Source of the DNA: Rhodospirillales bacterium
Lineage (GTDB): Bacteria; Pseudomonadota; Alphaproteobacteria; Micavibrionales; UBA1664
NCBI GenBank assembly: GCA_023898805.1
Contig: CP060260.1
Span: 715,512-779,511, forward strand
Direction of reading: 5' to 3'
Length of the DNA: 64,000 bases
A program made the position numbers and the translations under genes. The notes beneath the pieces were generated by a model. It saw nothing but the letters and a program-made list of their open reading frames with translations, made no database searches and was not told where the DNA came from. Shown here in pieces: positions 19,926 to 28,264 of the stretch (positions within the stretch are counted from its first letter, which is position 1; each line of letters starts with the position of its first letter).

Positions 19926-20330
19926 TCAAACCACAAACGCCTTGAAGTCGGAAACCTGCCCGCTGCGGACATGGACGGGCACCGCGGTGCACCCTTCCAG
20001 CACCAGCAACGCCAACACATCCGACCCCGCGCCGATCTCGACATTGTCGAATATACCGATGCCTAGGATTGGCTTTTCCAGCGCCGCGCCGGAACGCAGC
20101 CTTGCGCGCGCCGCTTCGCGTTTTTCAAGACGCGTTTCCGACAGGTCTTCGTCGCCCTTGACGCGGCCGTCCGCGTCCAAAAGTTCGTGTGCGAACAAGC
20201 TGCGCCGCCAGTCCGCCAGCACGCGCGCGGCATCGACGCAGATTTCGGCATACCGGCCAGCCTGCGCCAACGCCACGGGGTTATCCGTAAAAACGGGCAA
20301 GGGCAAGGATGCGGATGACGGAACGGACAT
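19926..20330 (-). CDS. Hypothetical protein (134 aa)
   Basis: GC3-rich frame. Start moved to ATG 20330, because the track N-terminus would overlap the convergently placed zinc-finger gene region. No motif recognised. Confidence 0.45.
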   Translation of the reverse strand: MSVPSSASLPLPVFTDNPVALAQAGRYAEICVDAARVLADWRRSLFAHELLDADGRVKGDEDLSETRLEKREAARARLRSGAALEKPILGIGIFDNVEIGAGSDVLALLVLEGCTAVPVHVRSGQVSDFKAFVV

Positions 20331-20409
20331 GACCAAAAAGCCTTGAAAACAGGGCAGGTTACCCTCAATGTATAGCCCGTAACCCGTAAGCAAAGCGTTA
20401 ACCCTCGCC

Positions 20410-20583
20410 ATGACCGCCGCCCCCAAAACCGCACCGACCCACATCCAGGTCCCCAAAGGCGCCGACGAAGTCGCCTGCGATGGCGGCAACGGCGCACTTG
20501 GCCACCCGCGCGTCTATTACAGCTTTGATAGCGCGGACACCGTGACCTGCGGTTATTGCGACCGGGTTTTCAGCAAAAAATAG
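20410..20583 (+). CDS. Zinc-finger (CHCC-type, NDUFS6-like) small protein, 57 aa
   Basis: Not in the ORF track (<60 aa). [57 protein letters not shown] has the C..H..CxxC pattern of zf-CHCC proteins common in alphaproteobacteria. Confidence 0.75.
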   Translation: MTAAPKTAPTHIQVPKGADEVACDGGNGALGHPRVYYSFDSADTVTCGYCDRVFSKK

Positions 20584-20642
20584 ACTCGCCCTTCAAGATT
20601 ATAATCCTATATACTCCCCCTGCCGGTGCCATCGGGCCGGTG

Positions 20643-20758
20643 ATACCGGTTTTTATTTCTTGATAAAAATCGGTATGAGGATTGCGACTGCAAGCCCGCG
20701 CGATAGCGCGAAGCCTGCGTTGCGTCTGAATGCTTTCGTCATCGAACGATGACGAAAC
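20643..20758 (+). repeat. Structured intergenic repeat, copy B
   Basis: Same orientation and architecture as 8435..8551. Lies between the zinc-finger gene and hsp20. Confidence 0.6.
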
Positions 20759-20767
20759 GGCATGAAT

Positions 20768-20798
20768 TTGTCGCTTCTTTGCAAAGGACAAGAAAATG
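20768..20798 (+). promoter_or_regulatory. ROSE-like RNA thermometer hairpin sequestering the hsp20 Shine-Dalgarno
   Basis: UUGUCGCUU (20768-20776) pairs with AAGGACAA (20784-20791). The UCGCU motif opposes SD AAGGA with G20773 bulged. 7-nt loop; ATG at 20796. Confidence 0.45.
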
Positions 20799-21263
20799 AC
20801 GCGCCTGACACTTTTTGATTCCCCGCTTTTTTTGGGCTTTGAGCATTTTGAACGCTCGCTCGACCGGTTGAAGAAATCCGGCGGCGACGGATACCCGCCC
20901 TATAACATCGAACAAATCGGCGAAAACGGCCTGCGCATCACGCTGGCGGTCGCCGGGTTTTCGATGGACGATCTCGACGTCGAGATCGACAACAACCAGT
21001 TGACGATTCGCGGCAGACAGACGGAAGAACCGGCGCGAATCTTCCTGCATCGCGGCATCGCCGCCCGCCAGTTCCAGCGCGCTTTTGTACTGGCCGACGG
21101 AATCGAAATCGGCGAAGCGACGCTGGACAACGGCCTGCTCCATATCGACCTGCGCCGCATCGTGCCGGAAAGCCAGGTCCAGAAAATCCGGATCCAGAAG
21201 GCAGGTACGAAAACGGCCAAACCGGCCGAAAAGATCATCGAGGTGGAAGGAAGACAGTCATGA
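20796..21263 (+). CDS. Small heat-shock protein (Hsp20/IbpA family)
   Basis: Alpha-crystallin domain (YPPYNIEQIGENGLRITLAVAGFSMDDLDVEIDNNQLTIRGRQ, GLLHIDL). Confidence 0.9.
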   Translation: MTRLTLFDSPLFLGFEHFERSLDRLKKSGGDGYPPYNIEQIGENGLRITLAVAGFSMDDLDVEIDNNQLTIRGRQTEEPARIFLHRGIAARQFQRAFVLADGIEIGEATLDNGLLHIDLRRIVPESQVQKIRIQKAGTKTAKPAEKIIEVEGRQS

Positions 21264-21496
21264 ACCGCATCACCGCGCCGCACAACGCCGCCGATATGAT
21301 CCGCACCATGAACGCATCCGAATTCCAGGCCCTTGGCGTGCCTTTGGTCGCCTATGTCCGGCGCATCGACATGGGCGGCATTCCCGCCTATGCCCTGCAC
21401 GGTGCCGATGGCACAAAGCTGGGGCTGGAGGCCAGTGAGGATCTGGCCGCGCTGGCCGCGCGCGAACGCGATCTGCTGCCGGTGATGGTGCAGTAG
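21260..21496 (+). CDS. DUF1150-family protein (Hsp20-associated)
   Basis: 78 aa, start overlaps hsp20 stop (ATGA). Motif LVAYVRRIDMGGIPAYALHGADGTKL is typical of the family that follows sHSP genes in alphaproteobacteria. Confidence 0.75.
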   Translation: MNRITAPHNAADMIRTMNASEFQALGVPLVAYVRRIDMGGIPAYALHGADGTKLGLEASEDLAALAARERDLLPVMVQ

Positions 21497-21522
21497 GCTT
21501 TAAAAAGGCAAATTACAAAAAA

Positions 21523-21996
21523 TCAGGCCGCGCGGGTAAGCGCCATGTCGCGCGCGCGAAACAGATTGGCGACGCGCTCCGGCGTGTCGGCCTCGCGCAG
21601 CCGGGCCACGAAATCACGATCGCGTAAGGCGCGGATGATCGCCGAAAGATCGCGCAGATGCGCCTGCGCCTCGTGCTCCGGCGTCACCATCATATAGACA
21701 ATGTCGCAGGGATGGGTTTCAACCCCACGAAACGCCAGCGGACGTTCCAGCCGCGCGAAAGCGCACAGGCGGCGCGGCGCGACATCAACCGGCACCCGCG
21801 CGCTGATCACGGCGATCCCGTCGCCGATCGCAGACCCGCCAGTGGTTTCCGCGTCCATCAGCAACTGGGCCATCGCCGCGGAATCGACCGCATGCGTTTT
21901 TTCCAGCATTCCGGTCATCTGGCGCAGCACATCCCGCACCTGAGCGGCGCGTACGGCAGTCAAAGTAATATCGGGAAGCGGGAACGGAACGGTCAT
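21523..21996 (-). CDS. PTS EIIA-Ntr (PtsN)-like protein lacking the phospho-histidine
   Basis: PTS_EIIA_2-like length and pattern, but the site corresponding to G.GIAIPH reads GDGIAVIS. The distal HL..L motif (AQAHLRDLSAIIRAL) is retained. Confidence 0.7.
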   Translation of the reverse strand: MTVPFPLPDITLTAVRAAQVRDVLRQMTGMLEKTHAVDSAAMAQLLMDAETTGGSAIGDGIAVISARVPVDVAPRRLCAFARLERPLAFRGVETHPCDIVYMMVTPEHEAQAHLRDLSAIIRALRDRDFVARLREADTPERVANLFRARDMALTRAA

Positions 21997-22180
21997 GGTC
22001 GAATCAATCCTATACCGGTTCTACGGACGCAAACCTTAGACAAACTGCCGCACCGGAATCAAGAATTCTTTATTTTTTCCAAACTTCAGGCAAAAAGCTG
22101 AACTTGTACTTTTTGTTTCGGAAACTTTGCGCCCATGCGACTTCGCAGTTGCGAAATCGCGCCATATCCTTACGCGACAA

Positions 22181-23194
22181 TCAAAGATATTTTTGCGCAA
22201 GGATCTCCGCGATCTGGACGGCGTTAAGCGCCGCGCCCTTGCGTACGTTATCCGCGACGCACCAGAAAGCCAGCCCGTTATCGACGCTGATATCCTGCCG
22301 GATACGGCTGATGAACACGTCGTCTTCGCCCGCGATTTCGGCGGGCGTCACGTATTCCATCTCGCTTTCGCGCTCGATCACCGTGATGCCGGGCGCCTTT
22401 TTCCAGGCCGCACGCGCGATTTTCGGCGTCATTTCGTCCGCGAATTCGGCGTGCACCGCCTCAGCATGACCGATAAAGACCGGCACCCGTACGCAGGACG
22501 CGGATACCTTGATGTCGGTACCCATGATCTTTTTGGTTTCCACCATCATCTTCCATTCTTCCTTGGTGCTGCCGTCGTCCATGAACACGTCGATCTGCGG
22601 AATGACGTTGAAGGCGATCTGCTTTTGGAAGATTTCCGGCTTCACCGCGTCGGAAACGAAGAATTTGCGCGACTGCTCGAACAATTCGTCCATCCCGTCC
22701 TTGCCCGCGCCCGACGTCGATTGATAGGTCGCGACCACCACGCGTTTGAGCGTCGCGATATCGTGCAGCGGCTTGAGCGCGACCACCATCTGGATGGTCG
22801 AACAATTGGGATTGGCGATGATATTGCGCTTTTTATAATCCGCGATCGCCTCCGGATTGACCTCGGGCACCACCAGCGGCACGTCCGGATCCATGCGAAA
22901 ATGCGAAGTATTGTCGATGACCACCGCCCCTGCCTGCGCCGCCAGCGGCGCGAATTCCGCCGACACCTTTCCGCCAGGCGAGGACAGGACGATGTCGGTG
23001 CCACGAAAATCATACCCGTCCAGCGCCTCGACCTTCAAAACCTTGTCGTCCCCGAACGACACCTCGCGCCCCGCCGACTGACGGGAGGCCAGCGCCACCA
23101 CCGTATCCGCCGGAAATTGCCGCGCCGCCAGCGTCGCCAGCATCTCACGCCCGACCGCGCCCGTGGCCCCGACAACAGCTACCTTCAAACCCAT
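22181..23194 (-). CDS. asd: Aspartate-semialdehyde dehydrogenase
   Basis: VVGATGAVG NAD-binding motif, active-site NPNCSTI. Start moved to ATG 23194. Confidence 0.95.
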   Translation of the reverse strand: MGLKVAVVGATGAVGREMLATLAARQFPADTVVALASRQSAGREVSFGDDKVLKVEALDGYDFRGTDIVLSSPGGKVSAEFAPLAAQAGAVVIDNTSHFRMDPDVPLVVPEVNPEAIADYKKRNIIANPNCSTIQMVVALKPLHDIATLKRVVVATYQSTSGAGKDGMDELFEQSRKFFVSDAVKPEIFQKQIAFNVIPQIDVFMDDGSTKEEWKMMVETKKIMGTDIKVSASCVRVPVFIGHAEAVHAEFADEMTPKIARAAWKKAPGITVIERESEMEYVTPAEIAGEDDVFISRIRQDISVDNGLAFWCVADNVRKGAALNAVQIAEILAQKYL

Positions 23195-23370
23195 GCAAAT
23201 CTCCAAAAAAACGTCTTTGAAAAGTCATAAGACCACGCCCGGGTTTTAGCGTCCATCCTTTTGAATTTAAAAAATTTTCATATTTTGCAGGTATCTTGGG
23301 GCGATGCCGAAAATCAGATAGAATCAACAGCGTCCATGACGTCCATTATGGTTAAAAAGGTCGAACACCA

Positions 23371-25698
23371 ATGATTCAGGGCCTGCAGGCTGATTTCCTC
23401 TCGGTGATCGACACCGCGCCCTTCGGCTTCTGTCTGGTCAACGGCCGGGATTATTCGATCACCTATGCCAACCCGGCCTTCGGACCGCTGATCGGCTTTC
23501 GCGGAATCGTCAAAAACCAGCTTCTGGCCGAATTCTTCGGACCGGAAATCGAGATGGCGCTGTACAACCATCCCCGGTCCTTCGAGCACGAAATCGCGGT
23601 CCATATCGCGGAAATCAAGCAGGACCGCTGGATGCGGGTCAAGGGCGAGCTTCTGACCTACAAGGGCGTGCCGTCCTACGCCCTGTGGTTCCTCGACACC
23701 ACCACGACCAAGATGTACGAGGAAAAACTTCTCGAAGCGATCCGCGCCTCCGAACGCGCGGCGGAGATGAAATCCAACCTGCTCGCGACCATGAGCCACG
23801 AGATCCGCACCCCCATGCAGGCGGTGTTCGGTTTTCTGGAGTTGATCGGACAGGAAAAACTCTCCCCCGCGATGGAGGAGATGATCAACACCGCCAAGGC
23901 TTCGGCCTCCGGCCTGCTTGAAATTCTCGACGACGTCCTTGATCTCGCCAAACTCGACGCCGACAAAATGGAACTCGACCAGTTCGAGGTGCCGGTGCGC
24001 ATGCTCGCGCGCGGCACGGTCGAGGCGCTTTCGGTCAAGCGCCACGGCAATGTCGCGCTGCTCGACGATATCGAACAGGGCGTCCCCTTCGTCATCAAGG
24101 GCGACCCCAAGCGCCTGCGCCAAATCCTGATCAACTTCATGAGCAACTCGCTCAAATTCACCAAGGAAGGCTCGGTGACGCTGCGCGTCACCACGAACGC
24201 GAAGCACGTCAAGCCCGTCGACCCCGACGGTATCGTCATTCGCTTTGAAGTGGTCGACACCGGCATGGGCATGAGCGAGGAAACCTGCGCGCGCCTGTTC
24301 CAGTCCTTCACCCAGGCCGACAGCAGCACCACGCGAAAATTCGGCGGCACCGGCCTTGGCCTGTCCATCTGCAAAAAACTCGTGACCCTGATGGGCGGCG
24401 AGATCGGCGTTTATTCCGAAATCGGCAAGGGATCGACCTTCTGGTTCGAGATCCCGACACTTGCCATCCACACCTCCGACAACACCGTCAGCCTGCCCAA
24501 GCTCGACGGTCTGGCCGTGCTGGTGGTCGAGGATCATCCACAAGGACGCAAGGAAATCGTCTCCTCCCTCAAATCCATGGGCGCGGATGTCGAGGCATGT
24601 TCATTCTATCAAGAGGGTCTCGACCTCATCAAACGCCGCCCGTTCGACGTCGCGGTCATCGACCACGGCTTGCCCGACGGCAACGGGCTGGAGCTGATGC
24701 GCGAAATCAACGACCTGCGCCCGTCGACCGGCCTTGTCATGTACACGGTCCACGATGACTACGCGTTGCAGCACCAGATCAGGATGCTGGGCGCGACCTA
24801 TCTTTCCAAACCGGCCAGCCGCCTCGGCCTTGGCGAAGCGGTCAAGGACAACGCGCGCCGCGGCTCGGAAATGCTGACCGGACCGCGCCGCCTGCTGATC
24901 GCCGAGGACACCGACATCGTGCGCAACATCCTGCAAAAGCAGATCGAATCGCTGGGCGGGGCGGAGGTCGATTTCGTGATCAACGGGGCGGAAGCGCTGG
25001 AAAAACTCAAGACCGGCGCATACGGCATCCTTTTCACCGATCTGCACATGCCGGAAATGGACGGCTACATGCTGGTGCGCGCGATCCGCGAACAGGAAGA
25101 GGCGGACCCGTCGCGCCCACGTCTGCCGGTGATCGTGCTGACTGCGGACGTCCAGATGGCGCAACGCCAGATCTATCTCAAGGAAGGCTTCGACGAATGC
25201 CTGCTTAAACCCGTAAGTCTGGGCCAATTACGCCACCTGCTGGTGCGCTGGGGCCTGATCTCGGAAAATCAGGGCATCGCCGCGTCCGAAGCGATGAAAA
25301 CCCCGGATCCAGAACCCGCAGCGGCGGAACCGTCCGCGCCCGCCGCCAACGCCGACACGGGCCCGGCTATCGACCTTGAGGCCATGGCCGCGCAGATGGG
25401 CAGCGTCGATGCCGGTACGCTGGAAATGGTGGGTATGTTCTGCGACATGACCGAACCCGTGGTCGCCCGCATCCGTGCCGCCTATGATTCCGGCAATGCC
25501 CACGACCTTGAGGAAGCGGCGCACAGCCTGAAAGGCGCGGCACGTTCGGCTTGTTGCATGGTTTTGGGCGATATCGCCGCCAAGCTTCAGGACGACGCCA
25601 AGGATCTGGCGAAAAGCGCGCCACTGGTCCCCGCGATCGAACAGGAATTCGCCCGCGTGCGCGAGGAAGCCGCAAGGCTTCTCAAGCAATACGCCTGA
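23371..25698 (+). CDS. Hybrid sensor histidine kinase (PAS-HisKA-HATPase-REC-REC-Hpt)
   Basis: H box SHEIRTPMQAV; G2 box GTGLGLSICKKLV. Two receivers (VVEDH..VIDHGLPDGNG and IAEDT..FTDLHMPEMDG). C-terminal Hpt motif HSLKGAA. Confidence 0.9.
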   Translation: MIQGLQADFLSVIDTAPFGFCLVNGRDYSITYANPAFGPLIGFRGIVKNQLLAEFFGPEIEMALYNHPRSFEHEIAVHIAEIKQDRWMRVKGELLTYKGVPSYALWFLDTTTTKMYEEKLLEAIRASERAAEMKSNLLATMSHEIRTPMQAVFGFLELIGQEKLSPAMEEMINTAKASASGLLEILDDVLDLAKLDADKMELDQFEVPVRMLARGTVEALSVKRHGNVALLDDIEQGVPFVIKGDPKRLRQILINFMSNSLKFTKEGSVTLRVTTNAKHVKPVDPDGIVIRFEVVDTGMGMSEETCARLFQSFTQADSSTTRKFGGTGLGLSICKKLVTLMGGEIGVYSEIGKGSTFWFEIPTLAIHTSDNTVSLPKLDGLAVLVVEDHPQGRKEIVSSLKSMGADVEACSFYQEGLDLIKRRPFDVAVIDHGLPDGNGLELMREINDLRPSTGLVMYTVHDDYALQHQIRMLGATYLSKPASRLGLGEAVKDNARRGSEMLTGPRRLLIAEDTDIVRNILQKQIESLGGAEVDFVINGAEALEKLKTGAYGILFTDLHMPEMDGYMLVRAIREQEEADPSRPRLPVIVLTADVQMAQRQIYLKEGFDECLLKPVSLGQLRHLLVRWGLISENQGIAASEAMKTPDPEPAAAEPSAPAANADTGPAIDLEAMAAQMGSVDAGTLEMVGMFCDMTEPVVARIRAAYDSGNAHDLEEAAHSLKGAARSACCMVLGDIAAKLQDDAKDLAKSAPLVPAIEQEFARVREEAARLLKQYA

Positions 25699-25710
25699 TA
25701 AGAAATTCCG

Positions 25711-25956
25711 CTAAGCCGCGTACGGATGCTTGGTCGAAGACAGGACGACGCTATCGCCCTCCGATACCGTGGTCTTGATTCTGCCATCGGCATAGACCGT
25801 GACGGTCGTCACCTGACCAGTGACACTGGTGGTCGAAGTCTGACTGACAATCGTGGTCGACGCGACAGTCGAATTCCCCGTCGACGATGTGGTCGAAACA
25901 TTCTGCAGCGAAGCGGAAGCGCCCGGCAGGATGGAAGTGATAGCGCCAATGGCCAT
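25711..25956 (-). CDS. Small Ser/Thr/Val-rich protein (81 aa)
   Basis: GGGAGG 5 nt upstream of ATG 25956. Composition is dominated by S/T/V (STTSSTGNSTVASTTIVSQTSTTSVTGQVTTVTV). Last gene of the pilus-like block. Confidence 0.45.
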   Translation of the reverse strand: MAIGAITSILPGASASLQNVSTTSSTGNSTVASTTIVSQTSTTSVTGQVTTVTVYADGRIKTTVSEGDSVVLSSTKHPYAA

Positions 25957-26093
25957 TTGCCCCTCCCATGACTGGTTATCAATTACCAGAACGGGTTCAC
26001 GCTACGCCCAGGACAGGGACCATGACACAAAAAAATGGTTAAGCCCCGCATCTGCGGGGAAAACATTTCACAACCTGTTAAAATAATTGAATT

Positions 26094-26756
26094 TTATGGA
26101 CAGGACGGCGCCACGCGTTTGATCCAGATACGCAGGCATTTCGACCCGTTGGTACAGCCATTCGTGCCATCGCCTTCGATATAATCCGACTCGCACTGGG
26201 TGAATTGCTCGTCGACCTTCTGCATTGCCTCGGCCAGATAGGGGTCGGTCGCGGTGGTCGAAATCTGGAAGAACACGCCCGTCACGTTCTGGCCGTCGAT
26301 GGTCATGTTGGTGCCGTTGCGATAAATCCATGGCGTGAATAGCGCAGGCGTCGCAGGCATGAACCGGCCTGTATCGCCGCCGAACATCGGTTGGTGCTGA
26401 TCGGTGTTGGCGCCGCCCGGATTGTTGCCGGGACAGCGCAGCCCTGCCACCGATTTGTCGGACGCGGCGTAACCGCTGGGCAAATAGGATGAATCCGGCT
26501 CAAGCGGATAATTGGCGTGATACCCGACGACGTTGATGTGATTGTCGCCTTCCGGGTATTGCAAGATGCAATCCTGAATTGCGGCGCGGATCAACTGCAC
26601 CTGCCCGTTCAGCTCCGCCGCCAGCTTGAAACTGTTCTGGGTTTGCGCCTGCTGCGAGGCGGGCTGCATGAACACCGCCGTCAGCGCCGCGATCAGCGCG
26701 ATCGCGATCAGAATGTAGATCAGCGCGCTGCCGCGCTGCGAACCGTGCCTGTTCAT
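26094..26756 (-). CDS. Atypical pilin/pseudopilin-like protein (220 aa)
   Basis: Start moved to ATG 26756 (GGAG 6 nt upstream). MNRHGSQRG-SALIYILIAIALIAALTAVF is a class-III-signal-like N-terminus without Glu5. Six Cys in the globular part. Confidence 0.6.
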   Translation of the reverse strand: MNRHGSQRGSALIYILIAIALIAALTAVFMQPASQQAQTQNSFKLAAELNGQVQLIRAAIQDCILQYPEGDNHINVVGYHANYPLEPDSSYLPSGYAASDKSVAGLRCPGNNPGGANTDQHQPMFGGDTGRFMPATPALFTPWIYRNGTNMTIDGQNVTGVFFQISTTATDPYLAEAMQKVDEQFTQCESDYIEGDGTNGCTNGSKCLRIWIKRVAPSCP

Positions 26757-26805
26757 GCGAATCTCCCCGCTAATGCCCATATGATCATGACAGACAAACC
26801 CGGCG

Positions 26806-26836
26806 AAAAAAAGACAGGCCCGAAGCCGGGCCTGTC
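26806..26836 (-). terminator. Rho-independent terminator after the 240-aa pilin-like gene
   Basis: Minus strand reads GACAGGCCCG-GCTT-CGGGCCTGTC (10-bp stem) followed by T7, 25 nt after the stop at 26862. Confidence 0.85.
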
Positions 26837-26861
26837 GAAAAGGAAAAGATGGCGGATAACC

Positions 26862-27584
26862 TTACCGCTCGGCCATCACGTAATAGAACACGTAACTGCC
26901 GCTCGACCCGTTCTGGAAGCAGCCGAACGCCTTGTTCGAGAACCAGTTGGGCGACGCCGGCGTATCCGAGGTCAGAACCGCGGTCTCGGTCGTCGGGTTT
27001 GTCGGCGCGGCGGTCGTGGCCGTCCGGTTGTTGCTGATGGTCAGCGCGGTATTGATGACCGGGATCGTCTCGTCCGAGTGAAGCTCCTTGTTCACGCGCG
27101 CGCAGATGCTTTGCGTGATGCCGTCGCCGAAGGCGATCAGCTCGTTGCCGCTGCCCGATCCGGTCTGGGACAGACCCAGAAGCGGAATTTCGAAATCCGC
27201 GTTGAACTTCCAGTCGATCGGTGTACCACCCGATGTCAGGTTGGCCGGAATCTGCTGATACGCCGCGCCCCCGCCCTGCGGGTGGAAGACGCCGCGCGAT
27301 TCTTTGCCGACGAAGAAAGTATTACCGACGCCAGAGAATTCGTCCGGCCGGTTGAAATAGATGTCCAGCGGATCGATGCCCGAAATGATCAGGCGCAATA
27401 CCGCCGTCCGCACCGAATTCGGATACTGAGTAAGCGACGCGGTGTTGATCACGTTGGTTTCCTTGGAAGCATCAGAACCCGATCGCGAAGATTGCGTGAC
27501 CGCATAGGACAGCGCCGCGAACAGCGCCACCGCGATCAGGATCAGGAACAGCACGTTCCCGCTTTGTTGTCTGTGTTTTACCAT
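26862..27584 (-). CDS. Atypical pilin/pseudopilin-like protein (240 aa)
   Basis: AAAGGAG 9 nt upstream of the start. MVKHRQQSG-NVLFLILIAVALFAALSYAV is paralogous at the N-terminus to the 220-aa protein. Confidence 0.65.
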   Translation of the reverse strand: MVKHRQQSGNVLFLILIAVALFAALSYAVTQSSRSGSDASKETNVINTASLTQYPNSVRTAVLRLIISGIDPLDIYFNRPDEFSGVGNTFFVGKESRGVFHPQGGGAAYQQIPANLTSGGTPIDWKFNADFEIPLLGLSQTGSGSGNELIAFGDGITQSICARVNKELHSDETIPVINTALTISNNRTATTAAPTNPTTETAVLTSDTPASPNWFSNKAFGCFQNGSSGSYVFYYVMAER

Positions 27585-27656
27585 TGTTTAACGCTCCTTT
27601 GTGTTGTCCGGGGCGGAAAAACCGCACCCACTGAATCCATTACTTCCATTAGGCCC

Positions 27657-28205
27657 TTACCCGGCGGGTTTGTCCACCCGCAAACGGTTAACGCTAAACG
27701 CCCCGAAAAGCCCCAGATTGTTTTTGCACTCGCGTCCGACGCATAAGGACTCGACCTGCAGACGCCAGCCGCGCCCGCCGTTGAACGCATGGCCGACTGC
27801 CTCGCGGAACGCGCCATATTTCGCGGTATCGGCGCTGCGCATCTCGATCCGGTTGGCCTGACCGACGAAATTGATTTGCGGATACAGGTCGGAAAGTTTT
27901 TTGGTGAAATCCTCCACCTCCGTGCCCGGAACCGGCACCTTGGTGATCACGGGCACGGTGGGAGTCAGGCTTTCGGCCTTCAGGATATCGGCACGCAGAT
28001 GCAGGATGTTGCTGGCCTGCATGGTGACGTAGACGACGCAACACCCGGCCGCCAGCCACGCCGCGACTCCGGCGATGATGATGCCCTGTCCCGCGCGCAT
28101 CGGCAATTGCTCAAGGAATACGTCAAGATCCTTGTACGCATTGGGCGAGAGATAGCGTTTGATGGTATCTTTATCGAATTTCAAGCGAATCGGGCCTCCG
28201 GGCAC
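27657..28205 (-). CDS. Bitopic membrane protein, GspM/PilO-like architecture
   Basis: Short cytoplasmic N-terminus, one TM (GIIIAGVAAWLAAGCCVVYVTM), ~120-aa periplasmic domain. GTG start, so the start is uncertain. Call based on architecture and context only. Confidence 0.45.
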   Translation of the reverse strand: MPGGPIRLKFDKDTIKRYLSPNAYKDLDVFLEQLPMRAGQGIIIAGVAAWLAAGCCVVYVTMQASNILHLRADILKAESLTPTVPVITKVPVPGTEVEDFTKKLSDLYPQINFVGQANRIEMRSADTAKYGAFREAVGHAFNGGRGWRLQVESLCVGRECKNNLGLFGAFSVNRLRVDKPAG

Positions 28206-28264
28206 CGGGGGAGTCAGCGCATATTGTCCCCTATAATCATAATCTTGTGAAGATTAAAACCGCC

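Noticed and set aside
20570-20791. 73-aa minus-strand ORF between the zinc-finger gene and hsp20
   Set aside because: It is made almost entirely of the structured repeat copy B. The homologous copy A is not in an equivalent ORF.
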